Shown piece after piece: positions 27,264 through 36,910 of a DNA stretch of 64,000 bases. Numbering within the stretch: position 1 is the stretch's first letter; each line of letters begins with the position of its first letter. Location: the IMG/VR virus record IMGVR_UViG_3300036793_000172, positions 1 to 64,000 of that record, one strand, 5' to 3'. Position numbers and translations under genes: made by a program. Below the pieces are notes generated by a model. It was given only the letters and a program-made list of their open reading frames with translations, ran no database searches and was not told the DNA's origin. Origin of the DNA: a virus (taxonomy: Duplodnaviria > Caudoviricetes).

Positions 27264-28760
27264 TCAGGCCGCAGTGCTTGTGCTGGTGAGGTCGGTGGAA
27301 CCGCTCGTGGTGTCGACGGTGAAGTTGACCAGGATGTAGTTCAACGGCCACGTCGGCTTGTAGGCGAACATGACCTCGATGACCGTCGGGTCACCCGAGG
27401 GCGGGTTCTGTTCGCGCACTGCGAGGTTGTTGTAGTCGTTGATGACCCCCGTCGACTTCGCTGTCTCCAGCGCGCCGGACACGATGGACTTCACCGACAA
27501 GGCGGTGTTGTCGTCGATCGGGATACCGATCAGCCCGGCCGACTGCAACGAGTCTTCGAGCAGGTTGTATAGCGAGTCCTGCGCCCGGACCAGCGAGATC
27601 TCGCGGGTGAGCACGCCGCCCGCGTAGTTGGTCGTCAGACCGTGCCGGATGATCAGGGCGCCGTTGCGGGCCACCTCGGTCACCGTGACGCCCGCCGAGG
27701 CGAGCGTGTTCTTGTTCGGGGTCGTGAGGGCCTGCTGGACGGTTGTCGGGATCCCGCTGAAGCCCGCGAGGTACTTGCGGGTGAGCGGCATCTGCGGTGT
27801 CTGCCGGGCCAGCACGCCCGCGTAGGCGGCAGCCAGGTAGAAGCCGTCCAGAGTGGACGTGGAGTTGGTGTAGCCGTTGTAGTAATTCAGCTGATTCGGC
27901 CACGCCAGCACGATGCGCTTGGACGCAACGGACGCCAGGGTCACCACATCCGACGTGGCGGCCACGACCGACTGGTCGAAGCCGACGATCGCCATCCGCA
28001 GTGCTCGGTTGTTCGCGTCGGCCAGCAGGGCCGCGTTCAGGGTGGCGAGCATGCCACCCAGCGCCGACAGGCTGGTGATGCCGTCCCAGAGGGGCACGAC
28101 CACGTTCACCGAGGTGTTCGAGCCCGCGAGGAGCTGGTACGCCTGGGCGAACTGGTTCGCCACGGTTCCCTGGGTCGTGTCGAGCGCGATGGCGTAAATC
28201 CGTTGCGCGCCGTTCTGGATTGCCACCTGCGCGGCCATCGAGAGCGGGCTCACCAGGTTGCCGGTGGCCGGGTCGAGCGCCGGTCCGTAGGTGTCCTGGA
28301 AGGACGCGAAGTCCTCGAAGTAGTTGAGCGAGTGGTAGTTCACGTCTGTGTACTTATACGTGACGGTCACCTGGGGGAAGCCGACCTCGATCGCGCCGCC
28401 AGACGACTTGGTGATCGTCGTGACCGACTTGTCGACGCCCGCCGTGGTGTCGGTGGTGATCGAGTAGTCGTGGGGGACCGACGTGTCGTCCTTGACGAAC
28501 GTGTGCGGGATGCTCTGCCCGCTCGCATTCGGGTCGGTGACGTACCCGGTGACCACGATGGAGGCCGCGTTGATGCCCTTCTGCGTCAGCACGGCTGACG
28601 TGGTGGACGCGAACGACACCGTCTCGGAGAACGTGTGGTAACCCACCCCGGAGCCGATCAGGCAGATGACCGTTGGATCAATGCCCACCGGCACGAGCGT
28701 GGGCGTAGCGCCCGCGTCCACGTACACGTCAGGCGGCACATAGCTGGCGAAGTCGACCAA
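27264..28760 (-). CDS. Tail sheath protein, 498 aa (TTG start)
   Basis: YVPPDVYV N-terminus, PLTRKYLAGF, LAS.GV...IIRHGLTT, REISLVR..D and Y.PT.PLNYI.V.F C-terminal sheath motifs. Confidence 0.9.
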   Translation of the reverse strand: MVDFASYVPPDVYVDAGATPTLVPVGIDPTVICLIGSGVGYHTFSETVSFASTTSAVLTQKGINAASIVVTGYVTDPNASGQSIPHTFVKDDTSVPHDYSITTDTTAGVDKSVTTITKSSGGAIEVGFPQVTVTYKYTDVNYHSLNYFEDFASFQDTYGPALDPATGNLVSPLSMAAQVAIQNGAQRIYAIALDTTQGTVANQFAQAYQLLAGSNTSVNVVVPLWDGITSLSALGGMLATLNAALLADANNRALRMAIVGFDQSVVAATSDVVTLASVASKRIVLAWPNQLNYYNGYTNSTSTLDGFYLAAAYAGVLARQTPQMPLTRKYLAGFSGIPTTVQQALTTPNKNTLASAGVTVTEVARNGALIIRHGLTTNYAGGVLTREISLVRAQDSLYNLLEDSLQSAGLIGIPIDDNTALSVKSIVSGALETAKSTGVINDYNNLAVREQNPPSGDPTVIEVMFAYKPTWPLNYILVNFTVDTTSGSTDLTSTSTAA

Positions 28761-28801
28761 TGTGATGCAGCCCCTTCGTGGATACGCTGAACGCCTTCAT
28801 C

Positions 28802-28832
28802 TCTTCAGGGCAGATCAGCGCGAAGGCACAGG
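28802..28832 (-). promoter_or_regulatory. Late-promoter-like motif copy (CCTGT-N21-GAAGA)
   Basis: Intergenic, upstream of the sheath gene. Confidence 0.55.
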
Positions 28833-28834
28833 CT

Positions 28835-29512
28835 TCAGACCCAACCGGCCTGCGTGCGCTCCCAATCTCCTGGTGTGGGCGGGACCGTGGTCGAACCGGG
28901 CTCATCCGGGAACTTCGGGGCCGGGGAGCCGTCCAGGTAGTTGATAAACGTGACTGCCGACAAGGGAACCAGCGTCGCTGTGTTCGGGTCGCCGACGAAT
29001 TCGCCGATCAGGTCGAATGACAAGGATTTCTCGTAGATGATCTCGTCCGTTCCCCACGGGGTGCCCATGGCGGCCGAGTCGCCGAAGGGCCGCAGGTCGT
29101 CGAAGTTCGCGTTCATCCCGATGAAGTCGTTGTTCTCGATCTTGTCGCGGAAGACCTGGAGGTTCTGGTTCTCCTCGCCGAAGGCGAAGACGCGCACCAC
29201 CTCGTCGTAGAGCCGGTCGCGCTCCAGCGAGGACAGCGCGCTCACGGTGATGGTGACGGTTCCCTTGAAACGCCAACGGTGCACGGGGGTGAAGGTGTTG
29301 TTCGAGTTGTGCACATACTCGACGTGACCGATCCCGGCCGTCACCAGCTCGTCGTTGTCCTCGTACTGGATCCACAGGCCCGGGTAGTCGGCCTGCTTGA
29401 CCGGGTATTCGATCGAGATGTTCACGGCTCGGAAATCCGGCTCTGGGTAGGTCGTGGTGAAGACCGAGCGCAACGCTTCGGTGACGGCGCTTTTAAGAGG
29501 TACAAGGTAGAT
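28835..29512 (-). CDS. Tail completion/terminator-like protein, about 225 aa, probable ATC start
   Basis: Position directly before the sheath gene. SD AAAGGAGG lies 9 nt before the in-frame ATC at 29512. The first canonical start (TTG 29473) has no SD. Confidence 0.65.
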   Translation of the reverse strand: MYLVPLKSAVTEALRSVFTTTYPEPDFRAVNISIEYPVKQADYPGLWIQYEDNDELVTAGIGHVEYVHNSNNTFTPVHRWRFKGTVTITVSALSSLERDRLYDEVVRVFAFGEENQNLQVFRDKIENNDFIGMNANFDDLRPFGDSAAMGTPWGTDEIIYEKSLSFDLIGEFVGDPNTATLVPLSAVTFINYLDGSPAPKFPDEPGSTTVPPTPGDWERTQAGWV

Positions 29513-29528
29513 GGCGACTGCCCTCCTT

Positions 29529-30263
29529 TCAGGACGAGATCTTCAATCCCTTGCGCTTCGCAAGGGAATCCCACTCGGCCCCGTCGCAGGCGTAGACCGT
29601 CTGAAGAAGGAAACCAGACTCGAAGGCCGTGCGGGAGATCGCGGAGTTGATGTACTGGCTCGCGTGCAGGCCCGGGTGCCGCCAGCGGACACCCACGTTC
29701 CCGGCCCCGATCTGGCCGCCGACGAGTCCCCGGGGCGTGTTGGGTGCTCCGGCTACCCGGCGGCTGATGCGCCCGGGAGCGCCCGGGTAGGAGGCCACGG
29801 TGGTGGTCGTCTCCATGGCACCGGTGACGGGGTTCTTCCGGCGCGTGATCTTGCGCTGGCCGATCTTGGCGGCCTTGCGGAAGATGAGCACCTGCACCCG
29901 GCCGTCGTCGGTGGTGCGGACCCGCGTCTTGGGGTTCTTCGCCCGGATCGAGCCGTCATCGTCGGACACCCACATCGGGATGGTCTTGCCCGCGAGGTTC
30001 CTCATGGTGAAGGGCTTCGTGCCGCGTTCCTGGAACCATGTCCAGAAGTCAGGGAAATACACCCCGAAGAACCCCTGCCCGTAGACGGGCAGGAGCCGGT
30101 TCGCGGTCGCGCCGGTGACGCGGGGCATCATCTGCCGGGCGGCGTACACCGCGTTGATCGCCATGTAGCGCGCGGACATCGCATCCAGCTCTTCGAGGAG
30201 CATGACCATCCGGTCCGGCGTTCCCGCGCCGAACTGGAGCTGGGGTGCGATGAGGTCAGGCAC
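29529..30263 (-). CDS. Neck/virion morphogenesis protein (hypothetical), 244 aa
   Basis: Basic protein in the neck module. Its start overlaps the upstream ORF. Confidence 0.65.
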   Translation of the reverse strand: MPDLIAPQLQFGAGTPDRMVMLLEELDAMSARYMAINAVYAARQMMPRVTGATANRLLPVYGQGFFGVYFPDFWTWFQERGTKPFTMRNLAGKTIPMWVSDDDGSIRAKNPKTRVRTTDDGRVQVLIFRKAAKIGQRKITRRKNPVTGAMETTTTVASYPGAPGRISRRVAGAPNTPRGLVGGQIGAGNVGVRWRHPGLHASQYINSAISRTAFESGFLLQTVYACDGAEWDSLAKRKGLKISS

Positions 30264-30483
30264 GGTCGATGTCCTGGCCGTTCAGCCACGGGTCGACCTG
30301 ATCCTCTTCGAGCAGCTGCACGGTGAAGTTACCGTCGGGCCAGTGGATGCCGACCCATCGCTTCTCGGGGCTGTAGTGCTGCACGGTGGGCTGCAAGTGG
30401 TACGCGGTGTCCGGGACCGGCATGACCAGCCGCTCGGGCGCGTTCGGCAACCTGAGCGACCGTGGCCGGTGTGAGTTCTCCAT
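30256..30483 (-). CDS. Hypothetical protein, 75 aa
   Basis: SD AGGAG, packed between neck genes. Confidence 0.6.
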   Translation of the reverse strand: MENSHRPRSLRLPNAPERLVMPVPDTAYHLQPTVQHYSPEKRWVGIHWPDGNFTVQLLEEDQVDPWLNGQDIDRA

Positions 30484-30490
30484 CGCTCTC

Positions 30491-31225
30491 CTAGTCGAGC
30501 AGGCTCGGGGGGATCAGCGGGCCGTTGATCACTTCCACGTCGGTGAAGGTACGCGGCTCGTACCCGGTGCGGGTCAGGATCTCGGTGACCGCCGAGGAAT
30601 CAACCGGCGGCAACAGGAACGCAACGGTGCCGTGTTCCTCGTACCGGGCTTCGATCTTGTGATAGGTCAGCGAGGTCTGGATCTGCTCGGGGTGCCGGAA
30701 GCCGGTGCGCAGCGTGACCCGCGAGGGGGAGTCCGGCACCCGCCAGCGGGATCCGTCGGCGCGGAGGATGAAGTCGCCCTTGCGCATCCGGAAGTCCCAT
30801 GTGGTCTCTACCGACACTCGCTCAGGGTGCACGACACCGCGCGCGACGAGTTCTTCCTTCTCGTCGAGGTCGGCCCAGATGGACGGACGGACGATCTTCG
30901 CGCGGATGCCGCCCTCGAAGGTGGTGCCGTAGCAGTCCGGGCACTCGTTCTGGGTGGGCTGGTTGTACACGTCGGCGATGCGGTGCTGGACCGTACCCGT
31001 TGTGCCGTAACAACGTTGGCACCGTCCGACCAGTCCGTCCTGGAGGTCGATCAACGACCACATGAGCACGAACATCGAGTACTCGCCCACCTGGTACAAG
31101 GCTTGCGCGTGACGCATGCGCTCCTGGGTCGTCGCCCAATCCTCCTTCTGCCGCAACCACAAGGAGTCGCTGTCGACCGGATCGATGTCGCTGATCGAAC
31201 TCGGTCGTTGAATCGGAAAGGGCAT
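30491..31225 (-). CDS. Head-closure/neck protein with CxxC pairs, 244 aa
   Basis: CQRC...CPDCYGTTFEGG and DF.MRKGDFI...DG.RW motifs, neck-module position, SD AAGGAGG. Confidence 0.65.
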   Translation of the reverse strand: MPFPIQRPSSISDIDPVDSDSLWLRQKEDWATTQERMRHAQALYQVGEYSMFVLMWSLIDLQDGLVGRCQRCYGTTGTVQHRIADVYNQPTQNECPDCYGTTFEGGIRAKIVRPSIWADLDEKEELVARGVVHPERVSVETTWDFRMRKGDFILRADGSRWRVPDSPSRVTLRTGFRHPEQIQTSLTYHKIEARYEEHGTVAFLLPPVDSSAVTEILTRTGYEPRTFTDVEVINGPLIPPSLLD

Positions 31226-31236
31226 GATCCCTCCTT

Positions 31237-33489
31237 TCAGTACAGTTCAGCCCAGATCCGGAATCGCCACGGAACGATGACCCCGGCACCCGGAGCAGTG
31301 TTGTTGACGTTCTCGAAAAGGTTACTGGCCTGGGCAGAAATCACCGCCGTGTCTCCCGAGAATCCCGAGAGACAGAACCCGAGACCAGTCCGCCCTTGGT
31401 AGTTGATGACCTCGGTGGCCCCGACGAACAGGCTGGCCACGGCCGAAGCGGGATAGGAAACGGCCAGTACCACCACGTACCCGGCTGGAATCCACACCGG
31501 CGCACCAGACAGGCCAGTGTCAATCAGAGCGCTTGCGATGGGGGATGTTCCACTGCTGCCCACCACGACAGCGGTGGCGCTAGTCGGATCTCCGGAACGC
31601 CAGCCAAAGGTGGTCCCTGACGACACAACTCCCAGTTTGGCTGGATCCGCGCCCGCCAAAACGGTCCACTGTCGAGCTGGTGCGGTGCCGGTGAAACTGC
31701 CTGTGGCAAAACGGAAGCCGTAGTAGTAGCGGCCAGGAGAAACGTCCAAGACCGTCCACATCGTGCCCGCGTTGGTGAGGCTCGGCGAACCAGAGGTAGC
31801 CAGAACACGTGGCATCGACTGCACCGGGGGTTCGCCGACCGGGCGATACGACGGCATCGCGATCGGCATCATCTGCCGACCGTAAATCACGGGCTCCAGC
31901 TGTTGAGCTGTATAGACGGCTTGAACTGTCGCAGAGAAAGTATTTGGATGCGCACCATCGGCCGTGTAGATGGTGGCTCCCGCGCCTGGGTTCCATTTCC
32001 AGCTCGTCTGTGGGTCAGCGATGAGCGCACGCCAGTCGACAAGCCCATCGAGAGGATGACCGCGCTGCCCAACCTTGGCCGTACTGCCGTCCGGGATCGT
32101 GATCGAGGCGCCGGACTGAGAAAGCCACATCGAAATCTGGCCGTACACGCTGGTCAAGTACGACGCGTCGTCGGTCGGGTTCTGGGTTGTGTTGACCGCG
32201 CCCGCGTTGGTGAACCGGGACTGATTCGCCGTGGTGGCCCAAGCGTCCGAGCTGGCCGAGAGTGGAGTGGGGTAGCCCGAGTAGACGGGGGTGCCCGTAG
32301 CGCCGAGCATCGTCCACATTGTCTGCATGGCCGACTTCACCTGTGCCACAGTGAGGTTGGCGTTGATGTCGTTCATGGCCAGGTTGGTGATCACACCGCT
32401 GCACCGGGCAACGACGGACATCTGCCAGGGTGCGTTGTCCGGCACGTAGCAGCCCGCACGGTTGCCGCCCTGGGCGATGCGCCACCAGCTGTGTCCGTCG
32501 ACTGACCTCGGGAAGATCCCGGCTGGTTCGCCGTCGCGGCAGTCCCCACCCGTGCCCTGCACAAGCGAGTCGCCGAACAAGGCGACGCACCGCTTGGTCG
32601 GGATGTTCCCGGTGATCGCCGTGGCGAACGGGATCTTCATCCAAGAGGATGCCGTCGTAGAGTTCGCTGTGGTGGTGTTGCCGTTCGTCTGCGTGGTGAC
32701 GCCGGTGTCGCACAGAGCCGAGCCGACGGCCGGAAGGCTCGTCGAAGTGGAGTCCAGCACCCAATCCACAAAGGGCGCTGTGTTGCTCGCTCCGCTGGCT
32801 CCTGCGTACGGCAGGTACCCGGTGGCCGATCCGGTGTCGAAGCCGCCCAGGATGGCAATGCAGTCGCCCTGGCGGGTCTTCTCCAGCAGCGGGATCGGCC
32901 GGGACTTGCGGTAGTCGCCTGCGGCAAACACCACCGTGCCGCTGGTGTCGGTCTGGGTGTCCCAGTTGACCACGTACCGGTTCACCTGGCGCCAGTACGC
33001 GGAACCAGTAGCCGGGGTCTGCCCGGTCCCGGCCTGGATGCACACCCAACTCGATCCGCCGGAGGTCACCTGGTCGAGCAATGCGTACGCAGTGCCCGAC
33101 GCATAGGCCGTGGAGCTGGACACCAAGCGCGGGTTTCCCGCCGGGTACTCGATGGTCATGCGAGCAGTGACGCTCTGCTGTCCGGCGATCTCGCAGGATG
33201 CGTTGCCCGCCTGCGGTGTGTTGCTCGTCCAGATGTTCGCCCACTCGACCTGGAGCGTGTCCGCACCGGAGGCGATCACCCGGAGGAGCTTGCGCGTCTG
33301 GCGGCAGCGGGTCTGGATCAGCCCGGCCGTCGCCGTCGCACCGCCGTTGCCGTTGAAGTGGGTTCCATTGGCCACGGGGAGGAACGTCTTCGCCTGTGCG
33401 TCCACGTACTGTCTCGTGACCGCTTGCAGCGCGGTCGCCGGATCAGCGGGCAACTGCACGGGCCCACCGAACTGCATCGGTGTCGTCAC
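31237..33489 (-). CDS. Fibre/appendage protein with CBM-like motif and SGNH/GDSL esterase domain, 750 aa
   Basis: Fibre motif PA...AVTRQYVD, CBM5/12-like AYASGTAY..LDQV...W, and SGNH blocks FGDSL, GGNRA, NLAMND, DGAHP. Confidence 0.8.
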   Translation of the reverse strand: MTTPMQFGGPVQLPADPATALQAVTRQYVDAQAKTFLPVANGTHFNGNGGATATAGLIQTRCRQTRKLLRVIASGADTLQVEWANIWTSNTPQAGNASCEIAGQQSVTARMTIEYPAGNPRLVSSSTAYASGTAYALLDQVTSGGSSWVCIQAGTGQTPATGSAYWRQVNRYVVNWDTQTDTSGTVVFAAGDYRKSRPIPLLEKTRQGDCIAILGGFDTGSATGYLPYAGASGASNTAPFVDWVLDSTSTSLPAVGSALCDTGVTTQTNGNTTTANSTTASSWMKIPFATAITGNIPTKRCVALFGDSLVQGTGGDCRDGEPAGIFPRSVDGHSWWRIAQGGNRAGCYVPDNAPWQMSVVARCSGVITNLAMNDINANLTVAQVKSAMQTMWTMLGATGTPVYSGYPTPLSASSDAWATTANQSRFTNAGAVNTTQNPTDDASYLTSVYGQISMWLSQSGASITIPDGSTAKVGQRGHPLDGLVDWRALIADPQTSWKWNPGAGATIYTADGAHPNTFSATVQAVYTAQQLEPVIYGRQMMPIAMPSYRPVGEPPVQSMPRVLATSGSPSLTNAGTMWTVLDVSPGRYYYGFRFATGSFTGTAPARQWTVLAGADPAKLGVVSSGTTFGWRSGDPTSATAVVVGSSGTSPIASALIDTGLSGAPVWIPAGYVVVLAVSYPASAVASLFVGATEVINYQGRTGLGFCLSGFSGDTAVISAQASNLFENVNNTAPGAGVIVPWRFRIWAELY

Positions 33490-33523
33490 GTCATCCTCCT
33501 AGTCTCCGCGCCAATTGCCTTTC

Positions 33524-33820
33524 TCAGGCAGCTACCTTCACGTAAGTGAAGTGCCACATGATGACGACAGGCTCGGTGAATCCTTCGGCGCAGGTGAAGT
33601 CCGCGTAGAACTTATTGGTGAAGTACGTGGTGTCGTCGATGTAAGCCTTGGTCACAAAAACCTTGTCAGGGCGCGGGTTTTCGATGCCCCATGAGACGAA
33701 CAACGTCTGTCCGGGGCAGTCCAGCTCATAGCTGTTGTCCTGACCGGGGGTGACCGTCTGAGGCGTCGCCGTGTTGTCCAACTCGAACCCGACACCGAAC
33801 GGCAGATTCTTGACTACCAT
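33524..33820 (-). CDS. Small beta-rich protein, paralogue of 34523-34813
   Basis: Shares SWG(I/V), A.I.D and W.F..(V/L)KV with the 96-aa ORF. Confidence 0.7.
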   Translation of the reverse strand: MVVKNLPFGVGFELDNTATPQTVTPGQDNSYELDCPGQTLFVSWGIENPRPDKVFVTKAYIDDTTYFTNKFYADFTCAEGFTEPVVIMWHFTYVKVAA

Positions 33821-33831
33821 GTGACTCCCTC

Positions 33832-34521
33832 TCAGAAGAACGCGAAGAACCCGCTGGTGTCAACGGGTGTGCTGGTGCTGGGGACGGGGGTCGACATCCA
33901 GGTGGAGATGCTGGCCGACTCGTCGGTGTTGAAGTAGCGGACGTCGTCGACCACGCCAGGGCCGATACTGCTGACGCCGGAGATGTTCATGCCCGCGACG
34001 ACGAAGTTAGTCGTACTGGCCAGCGTTCCAGTGTTGGCCAGGATCGCCACCTGAGTGCCGTCCTTGAACAATTTCAAATTGGTGCCGTCGAAGGTGAGAG
34101 CCACGTGAGACCAGGTGCCGACCGTGAGCGCGGTTCCGTTGACGGCAACCAGGCCGCCAAGCCGCGCGTCCCCCTGAAGGACGTTCGACGTGGAGAAGTC
34201 ACCTCGCTGACACCAGATGGCGAAGTCAGTCGAGCCGCTGGTCTGCATGGCCCCGCAGATCAGTTGCGCGTCGCCCGCTGGCAGCGAGGAGGGTTTGATC
34301 CACGCCATTACCGTGCACGTGGCCCCCGAAACGGCAGGGACGGTACCGCTGGCGCCCGTGGTGTTGGTGCCGAGGCTGTTCTGGAAACCCGCGTTCGTGT
34401 GCCCGGACGCCGTGTAGCTGCCACTGCCGACGGTGAGCGTGTGGCTGTTGCCGGAGTCGTCGACAATCGTCGTGCCGGACCCGGCGTCAAAGCTGTACGC
34501 AGCCAGCGGTGTTCCGGGCAT
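33832..34521 (-). CDS. LamG/concanavalin A-like lectin domain protein, 229 aa
   Basis: AAYSFD.GSGT...D.SGN, TVMAWIKP, WSHVALTFDG..LKLF.DG and G.VDDVRYFN motifs. Confidence 0.85.
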   Translation of the reverse strand: MPGTPLAAYSFDAGSGTTIVDDSGNSHTLTVGSGSYTASGHTNAGFQNSLGTNTTGASGTVPAVSGATCTVMAWIKPSSLPAGDAQLICGAMQTSGSTDFAIWCQRGDFSTSNVLQGDARLGGLVAVNGTALTVGTWSHVALTFDGTNLKLFKDGTQVAILANTGTLASTTNFVVAGMNISGVSSIGPGVVDDVRYFNTDESASISTWMSTPVPSTSTPVDTSGFFAFF

Positions 34522-34522
34522 C

Positions 34523-34813
34523 TCAGCCCACCTTGAGCAAGACGAAAGTCCAAGTCAGCGAAACGTCCTGGTCAGCGTAACTAAGGCTTCGGAACACTCC
34601 CCAAAAGGCGTTGTTGTCATTGATGGTCGCGTTCCGGATGTGCACTTCCGGCCATCCACCCCTCACGCCCCAGGAGAGAATCTTGTGTCCCTCCGGCGGT
34701 GTGTAAATGTAATCGTCCACGTCGCCGTTGCTGCCATTGGCCGGGATCGACCGAGTAACAGTGTCATAGACCAGTTCCGGGTCCACACTGGCGTCAATGG
34801 TGATCTTCGACAT
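34523..34813 (-). CDS. Small beta-rich protein, paralogue of 33524-33820
   Basis: Similar length and motif pattern. SD AGGAG. Confidence 0.7.
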   Translation of the reverse strand: MSKITIDASVDPELVYDTVTRSIPANGSNGDVDDYIYTPPEGHKILSWGVRGGWPEVHIRNATINDNNAFWGVFRSLSYADQDVSLTWTFVLLKVG

Positions 34814-34822
34814 TCACTTCTC

Positions 34823-35467
34823 CTAGAATCCCTTAGACAGCGCGATGACGTACCACTTCGAAGTCGTGGAGTTGTAGACCGCGCCGAGCATGTCCCTTTT
34901 GGACGCCGTGGTCGTCAGGGTGACCGAGGGGATCGTGGTGCCCAGCGCGAAGGCCGTGTCGAGGGTGATGGTGCGTGAACCGGTGGCGTCCTGGATCAGT
35001 TCCCAGATGATCTTCTGGCCGTCGACTGGGTTGGTCGGGTTGCCCAGAGTCCGGTTGCCGCCGAGCGTTACGCGAAAGTAGTTGCCCAGGGAGGCATTCG
35101 TGGCAACCGTTGCCGCGTCGGTAAGGGTTACCGGTGGGGGCTGGTAACCACCAGCGGAGAGGCCTCCCTCGATCCGTACCGTGTACTGCCCGGACGTGGG
35201 GGCCGTGGTGAAGGTCAGCGTCGCGGTGTTCGCCGTCGTCGCCTGGTTCGGCACGACGACTTCGTTGCCCGACGTATCCCTGACGGTGACCATGATCGCC
35301 GACGTGTTGAGGTTGTGAGTGACGACAGCCGAGGTCGAGCCGGAAGGCACCGTTCCCGTGTAGACAGCGACAAGCCGCGTATCGACGTACTGCTTGGTCG
35401 AATAGTCCAGCGCCACGGCTGGATCCAGCGGTGCTTGCTTCCGCGAAATCGCGACCCTTGTCGCCAT
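34823..35467 (-). CDS. Fibre-type virion protein, 214 aa
   Basis: STKQYVD and VVTHNLN motifs, plus a C-terminal TLGGNRTLGNPTNP..GQ...W.L.QD.TGSRT module. Confidence 0.75.
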   Translation of the reverse strand: MATRVAISRKQAPLDPAVALDYSTKQYVDTRLVAVYTGTVPSGSTSAVVTHNLNTSAIMVTVRDTSGNEVVVPNQATTANTATLTFTTAPTSGQYTVRIEGGLSAGGYQPPPVTLTDAATVATNASLGNYFRVTLGGNRTLGNPTNPVDGQKIIWELIQDATGSRTITLDTAFALGTTIPSVTLTTTASKRDMLGAVYNSTTSKWYVIALSKGF

Positions 35468-36384
35468 CAGATCACCTTCTGGACGACCACCGTGTACTCG
35501 CCGGAAGCCATGGCGATGTCCGGTGTGATGCCGATGGTGGTGGTGGTGTCGCGGGTGATGTAGACCTCGACCTCATCGTAGGGAGAAGCGGTGCGGTACA
35601 CCGCCACCGTGATCGCCTTCGAGCCGAGACCGTGCGTCACAGTCCACGTGTTGCCCGCCGTCACGACCGGGCTCGTGGTCGTGTAGCCCGTGTCGTTGTC
35701 CGCCGACGCCGCCGGGTTGAGGAAGACGAACGTGCCGGTCGTCGTGCCGAGGGTGAACGAGTCGTTCGAGAGGATCGCCAGCTGGTTGTCGAACGAGCCC
35801 TGCTGCACGACCCACATCGAGCCCGGCGACGCCAGGGCCGTGGTGTTCCAGTTCGAGGCGTAAGCCATGGCCGCACCGGCGGCAGTCCACACGCGCGGGC
35901 CGTTCTCTGCACCGGTGGTCTGCCCGGTCAGCAGGAACACATCACCGGCCGTCGGCGTCACGCCGTCGATGGTGGCCGGGGCCGAGGTGACCGAAACGTT
36001 CGACGCTGTCGCGGCCCGGACCTTGCCCTTGAACACGAGGCCCGCCGACAGGGCGGCGACGGCGTTGTCCACGTAGTTCTTCGTGGACGCGTCCTGCGCG
36101 CTGCTCGGGTCGAGCAGACCGGTGATCTTCTGGCTGTTCCAGGCGACGGCGCTGGTCGGCGCCGCGAATTGGTCGAGCCGCTTGGACTGGATCGCGGTGT
36201 CCCAGTCGTTGATCGCCGTGTGGTCTGTCGTCGTCGATCCACGGTTCGCCAGCGACGCGCCAAAGGCGGCGGCGGCGTCGACTTGCTGCTTGGTGGCTCC
36301 GTCAGTGGTGGACGAACCGTCGGCCATGTTGACGACCTTCAGCCCTCCCATGTCCTTCTGGGAGATTGCCTTCTTCGCTGTCAT
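35467..36384 (-). CDS. Fibre-type virion protein, 305 aa
   Basis: DGATKQQVD, DASTKNYVD, KGKVRAAT..NV...DG and WTVTHGLG motifs. Confidence 0.78.
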   Translation of the reverse strand: MTAKKAISQKDMGGLKVVNMADGSSTTDGATKQQVDAAAAFGASLANRGSTTTDHTAINDWDTAIQSKRLDQFAAPTSAVAWNSQKITGLLDPSSAQDASTKNYVDNAVAALSAGLVFKGKVRAATASNVSVTSAPATIDGVTPTAGDVFLLTGQTTGAENGPRVWTAAGAAMAYASNWNTTALASPGSMWVVQQGSFDNQLAILSNDSFTLGTTTGTFVFLNPAASADNDTGYTTTSPVVTAGNTWTVTHGLGSKAITVAVYRTASPYDEVEVYITRDTTTTIGITPDIAMASGEYTVVVQKVI

Positions 36385-36388
36385 CGGC

Positions 36389-36901
36389 TCATCCTCCGAT
36401 TAGGGCCACGCCAGCGATGGGCGAGTCCGTAGTGATCGACAAATTGTTGACGTCCACGTGGCTGACGATGAACTCATCCCACTGGATCAGGTAGTCCGCG
36501 CTGAAGACGCTCACGGCTGCCGGACGCCTGCCGAGGTTGTGAGTGACGGTCCATACGGTCTGGGCGATCGTCTGCGTGTGCACGTAGCTGCCGCTGCCCC
36601 CTCCGCCGCCCCCAGCGACGATCTGAGCGAACAACGGCATGGGCACGTCCGTAGTGCCCACCACGCGCCCGTAGAGCCGTACAGAGTCATCTGGGCCCAG
36701 GAACTCGGGGATCAGTCCATTGGCCGTGTAGACGGTCGAGTTGGCGATCGCCGTCCCGCTCGGTGTCTGGATGCTGGCGAGGGTGGTGCCCGTGGAGTCG
36801 GTGAAGATCTGGATCCCGGTGGCGGGTGGGGTCAACACAGGCTCGTACGGCCCCTGCAAAACCAAGGCCGTACGGTCAATCGGGAAGAGATTGCGTGCCA
36901 C
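36389..36901 (-). CDS. Virion appendage protein, 170 aa
   Basis: Gly linker followed by YVHTQ..A..VWTVTHNLG. Confidence 0.72.
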   Translation of the reverse strand: MARNLFPIDRTALVLQGPYEPVLTPPATGIQIFTDSTGTTLASIQTPSGTAIANSTVYTANGLIPEFLGPDDSVRLYGRVVGTTDVPMPLFAQIVAGGGGGGSGSYVHTQTIAQTVWTVTHNLGRRPAAVSVFSADYLIQWDEFIVSHVDVNNLSITTDSPIAGVALIGG

Positions 36902-36910
36902 CCGGCCTCC

